Positions 58,870 to 64,000 of a DNA stretch of 64,000 nt are shown piece by piece. A program made the position numbers and the translations under genes. Location of the stretch: assembly GCF_011386835.1 (NCBI RefSeq), contig NC_088794.1, positions 3,968,001 through 4,032,000 on the forward strand. The letters are read 5' to 3'. The DNA is from Chrysemys picta bellii (taxonomy: Eukaryota). Positions within the stretch are counted from its first letter, which is position 1. Each line of letters opens with the position of its first letter. The notes under the pieces were generated by a model. It was not told the DNA's origin. It searched no databases and worked only from the letters and a program-made list of their open reading frames with translations.

Positions 58870-61800
58870 GAACCATCCATCCCCCCACATAAACACTCAC
58901 CCACCCATCCCTCCATCCCCCAAAACGTCCACCCACAAATCCCTCCCTCCATCCCCATGAACACCCACGCATCCCCCAAAACACCCACCCTCCCACTCGT
59001 CCTTCCCTCACTCCATTCATCCCTCCCCAAAAACACCCACCCACCCATCCTTCCCTCCCTCCAACCATCCATCCATCCCATAAACACCCATCCACCCATT
59101 CATCCCATAAACACCCACCCACCCATCCCTCCCTCCAACCATCCCATAAACACCCACAAACCCATTCATCCATTCAACCCATAAACACCCACCCACCCAT
59201 CCCTCCATCCCCCAAAACATCCACCCACAAATCCGTCCCTCCATCCCCATAAACACCCACCCCCCCATCCCCATAAACACCCATCCATCCCTCCCTCCCT
59301 CCATCGCCATAAACACCCATCCATCCCTCCCTTCCTCCACCCATCCATCCCATAAACACCAACAAACCCATTCATCCCATAAACACCCACCCATCCCTCC
59401 CTCCCTCCATCGCCAAAAACAACCATCCCTCCATCCATCCCCATAAACACCCACCCACCCATCCCTCCCTCTGTCCATCCCCATAAACACCCACCCACCC
59501 ATCCCTCCATCCATCCCCATAAACAACCACCGATCCATCCCTCCCTCCATCCATTCCCAAAAAAACCCACCCACCCATCCCTCCATCCCCATAAACACTC
59601 ACCCTCCCATCCCTCCCTCCATCCATCCCCATAAACACCCAGCCACCCGTCCATCCCTCCATCCCATAAACACCCAGCCACCCATCCATCCCTCCCCATA
59701 AACACCCACCCATCCCTCCCTCTATCCATCCCCAAAAACACCCACCCACCTCTCCCTCCATCCCCATAAACACCCACCAACCCATCCCTCCCTCCATCCA
59801 TCCACATAAACACCCACCCATCCCTCCGTCCCTCCATTCATCCATTCCCAAACACACCCACCCATCCATCCCTCCGTCTTTCCGTCCCCAAAAACACCCA
59901 CCCACCCATCCATCCCTCCCCATAAACATCCACTCATCCATCCATCCGTCCCCATAAACACCCACCCACCCATCCCTCCCTCCATCCATCCCAATAAACA
60001 CCCTCCCATCCATCCCTCCCCATAAACACCCACCCACCCATCCTTCCCAATAAACACCCGTCCATCCATCCCATAAACACCCACCGACCCATCCCTCCCC
60101 ATAAACACCCACCGACCCACCCAACCCTCCATCCATCCCCATAATCATCCTCCCACCCATCCATCCCTCCATCCATTCCCAAAAACATCCACCCACCCAC
60201 CCATCCCTCCATCCATCCATCCATCCCGCAAAACAACAACCCTCCCATCCCTCCCTCCGTCCATCCATCCATCCCCATAAACACCCACCCACCCATCCAT
60301 CCCTCCCTCCAACCACATAAACATCCACCCACCCACCCATGCAACCCTCCCTCCATCCCAATAAGCACCCACCCACCGATCCCTCCCTCCCTCCATCTCC
60401 ATAAACACCCACCCATCCATCCCTCCCTCCCTCCCTCCCCATAAACACCCACCCACCCATCCATCAATCCCATAAACACCCACCCACCCATCCATCCCCA
60501 TAAACACCTACCCACCCACCTATCCCTCCCTCTGTCCATTACCAAAAACACCCACCCACCCATCCCTCCATCCGTCCCCATAAACACCCACCCACCCATC
60601 CCTCCATCCATCCCCATAAACACTCACCCACCCACCCATCCCTCCCCCAAAACACCCACCCACCTATCCCTCCCTCTGTCCATTACCAAAAACACCCACC
60701 CACCCATCCCTCCATTCATTCCCCAAAACACCCACCCACCCATCCATCTCTCCATCCATCCCCACAAACACCCACCCACCCATCCCTCCCTCCATCCATC
60801 GCCATGAACACCCAACCACCCATCCCTCCCTCCCTCCACCCCCATAAACACCCACCCACCCATCCCTCCCTCCATCCCCATAAGCAACCACCCACTCATC
60901 CCTCCCTCCATCCATCCCCCAAAACACCCACCCACCCCTCCCTGCATCCATCCCCATAAACACCCACTCACCCATCCATCCCTCCCTCCATCCCCATAAA
61001 CACCCACCCACCCATCTCTATAAACACTCATCTATCCCTCCATTCCCCGTAAATATCACCCACTCCTCTGTCCATTCATCCCATCCATCCCGATAAACAC
61101 CCCTCCATCCACCCCTCATTTCATCCATCCCCAAGAACACCCATTCATCCCTCTATCCCCATACACACCCCTCTCGTCATCCATCCCTCCATCCCTGTCC
61201 TCATCTGTTATCCCTTCATTCCCACATACACCCCTCCTCCCTCCCTCCCTTCCTGTCCTCATCCCAGCTATCCCTCCATCCCTATACATACCCCTCTATC
61301 CATCCATCCTCCCACCCATCCATCCCTGTACATAGCCCATCTATCCCTCCCTCTCTCCCCACACACGTCCCTCTATCCATCCCTCCATCCGCCCACACAT
61401 CCCTCCATCCATCCCTGTCCACATCCCTCCATCCCCACACACATCCCTCTATCCATGCATCCATCTCTGTCCACATCACTCCATCCCCACACACATCCCT
61501 CTGTCCATCCATCCATCCCTGTCCACATCCCTCCATCCCCACCACACATCCCTCTATCCATCCATCTATCCCTGTCCACATCCCTCCATCCCCACACACA
61601 TCCCTCTATCCATGCATCCATCCCTGTCCACATCACTCCATCCCCACACACATCCTTCTGTCCATCCATCCATCCCTGTCCACATCCCTCCATCCCCACA
61701 CACATCCCTCTATCCATCCATCCATCCCTGTCCACATCCCTCCATCCCCATACACACCCCTCCTCCATCCATCCGCATACTCTATCCCTCCCTCCCCATA

Positions 61801-62480
61801 CACACCTCTATCCCTCCCTCCCTCCCTGTCCTCATCCCAGCTATCCCTCCCTCCCTACACACCCCTCCTCTCTCCCTGTCTTCATCCCAGCTATCCCTCC
61901 ATCCCCATACACACCCCTCTATCCATCCATCCATTCCTGTTCACATCCGTCCATCCCCATACACATCCCTCCTCCCTCCCTCCCCGCTCACACCTCTATA
62001 CATCCATCCCTTCCTGTCCTCATCCCAGCTATCCCTCCATCTCCCCACACACCCCTCCTCCCTCCCCATCCATCCTCCCACCTGTCCATCCCTGTACATC
62101 TCCCATCTATCCCTCCCTCCCTCCATCCCCACACATCCCTCTATCCATCCATCCATCCCTGTCCACATCCCTCCATCCCCATACACACCCCACCTCCATC
62201 CATCCGCGTACACTCCTCTATCCATCCCTCCCTCCCTCCCTGTCCTCATCCCAGCTATCCCTCCCTCCCTATAAACACCCCTCTAGCCATCCATCCCTCC
62301 CTGTCCACATCCCCCCATCCCCACCCACACCCCTGCTCCATCCATCCCCATCCAGGCATCCGTCCACATGCATACCCATCCATCCATCTCCATACAAAAC
62401 CATCCCCAGACACCTCCCTCCTTCATCCTTCCATCCCCACATCTCCATCCATCCTGCCCTCCACACACACCCCTCTATCT
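58870..62480. repeat. 3.6-kb C-rich compound minisatellite (cccataaacacccacccacccatccctccatccat, then ccccacacacatccctctatccatccatccctgtccacat) in the intron of ZNF gene 4
   Basis: Directly visible; two successive unit types. Confidence 0.95.
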
Positions 62481-62753
62481 AAATTACCCATCACCCTGGG
62501 GTCTGAGTCTCTTGTCCCAAGGGGAGAGAAGGGGTTCTGCCCCAATGGCCCACGGAGCCCTCAGAGAAAGGCTGGGGGAGGTGAGGGGTCCTGCCAGGGC
62601 AGGTGTTAGCCAGAAGTGACGCCTGTCACGATGACAGGACACCCGCTGGAGAAGATGAGAAAGAACCGAGGGGGCTCTCGGCAGCTTTGCGGGGATCCCA
62701 GCTTTTCCCTTCACTCCTGGATGGTCTCCAAGCCGGTGTCACTCATTCCTTAC

Positions 62754-62852
62754 CTGGAACCTCCTGTTCCTCGGAGCCCTGGAGATCCGGGACGCACGGC
62801 TCTTCCTCCCGCTCCATCCAGGAGATCACAGCCGGTTTGGGGACGGGAAATC
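62754..62852 (-). CDS. KRAB-B-box exon of ZNF gene 4 ([34 protein letters not shown])
   Basis: tggcAG|GA ... G|GTAAGG, 99 nt, phase 1-1; typical KP.VIS..E..EEP.VPD KRAB-B motif. A KRAB-A exon was not seen in the window. Confidence 0.8.
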
Positions 62853-63211
62853 CTGCCAGTGGGGGGAAAGCAGGTTGTTATCTATTCATCAAGGCCCACT
62901 AAGAACGTTCATGGAGATCCTTTAGGAGAACGGAAGAAGCAGTGGCATGTCCGTGCACTAAAGTCCATGGTAGGACACATGTGGGGATGTCCACATGCAA
63001 TCAGAATATGTAATCTTAACTGTATTGTTATGATCGTACTATAATGTAATTCAAGACAATACACGCAAAATGCTTTCACTATTACATAATAATCAAAACA
63101 TTTGCTAGTATATTATAATTATATTACATTGCTGTAAGAGTCACTGACCCCGAATAGGGAAGTGGCAGGAAACTAGGTTATAATATAAAATATAATATGA
63201 TAGAATATAAT

Positions 63212-63950
63212 ACGGCTTGGCAGAATGAATTTTTTTGATGATTTTGACAATGTCAATGTTTATTTTAAAACTTTTTTTAGATTTTTATCAATTAAAATGT
63301 GCACAACTGTGCAAAATTAGGGGTTTAAAGCGGGGTTTTTTTTTTCCAATTTTCAGTTATGGGAAATTTTTGGGTGGGGGAGGTCAGACAGTAGATGCTG
63401 CAACTAAAAAGTTAAAGCTTTATGTTTGCTAGCCACAAATTGTCAATGTCAAAATATCCAAAGTAAACATCCACTCATTCAAAGGTCTAACCAGGGATCG
63501 GCAACCTTTGGCATCCGGGCTGGGCGTTTACCTGCCGCGTTGGCAGGTTTGGCCGATCGCGGCTCCCACTGCCCGCGGTTCGCCGCTCCAGCCAATAGGG
63601 GCGGCGGGAAGCGGCGGCCAGCACATCCCTCAGCCCGCGCCACTTCCCGCGCTTCCCATTGGCCTGGAGTGGCAAACCACAGCCAGTGGGAGCTGTGATT
63701 GGTGGAACCTGCCGATGCGGCAGGTAAACAAACTGGCGCAGCCCGCCAGGGCGCCTACCCTGGGGAGCCGCGTGCCAAAGGTTGCCGATCCCTGGTCTAA
63801 ACCATTGGATTTTGCCCGTAAAGTCTAACTTTGCCTCTCTGTAAATTTTGATTATTATCAATGGAAATATTTTTTCGTTGGTTTGTGTGTGTAGGGGAAA
63901 ATCAACATCTACCAACATTTAATGATAGAAACTGAATCCTTCCAAGCCCA
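63212..63950. mobile_element. AT-rich non-autonomous DNA element (TIR ggcttggcag.../...tccttccaagcc) with a nested MITE
   Basis: Inverted ends; similarity to 7094-7302. Confidence 0.5.
63492..63794. mobile_element. hAT (Charlie-like) MITE
   Basis: 22-bp perfect TIR cagggatcggcaacctttggca / tgccaaaggttgccgatccctg; TSD gtctaa(a)c. Confidence 0.9.
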
Positions 63951-64000
63951 ATTTTTATATTATTAATTATAATTATATTATATTACACAAGCCAAAACAA

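Overview
GC-rich vertebrate genomic DNA, most likely a turtle (inferred from the repeat families: CR1 LINEs, hAT MITEs, Penelope-like hairpin, MIR-head tandem arrays). It is intron-containing eukaryotic DNA, so most ORF-track entries are artefacts of simple repeats or antisense C2H2 frames. Gene order left to right: (1) a 14-finger C2H2 zinc-finger gene without a detectable KRAB (-); (2) a ZNF629 orthologue (-) with a KRAB-B remnant exon and an expanded block of linker-less fingers; (3) a decayed ZNF pseudogene (-) next to a CpG island carrying a ZNF143-type motif; (4) BCL7C (-, six coding exons fully reconstructed); (5) cardiotrophin-1, CTF1 (+, three exons, intact); (6) cardiotrophin-2/neuropoietin, CTF2 (-, three exons, intact), convergent with CTF1 and with matching exon sizes; (7) a 5-finger ZNF with a KRAB-B exon (-) whose 5' end probably lies beyond the window. 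The ZNF629-BCL7C-CTF1-CTF2 block mirrors human 16p11.2. The most notable non-genic structures are: a 14-bp-TSD-flanked perfect 84-bp palindrome with a minimal hammerhead-ribozyme motif on both strands; many tandem arrays of a ~70-bp tRNA-derived A-box/B-box unit; a ~22-copy ETS-motif array behind the CTF2 stop codon; three tandem CTCF motifs and a STAT site at the CTF2 5' end; and a short R2/NeSL-type fragment embedded in a CR1. All protein-family identifications come from recalled sequence similarity and were not verified by database search.
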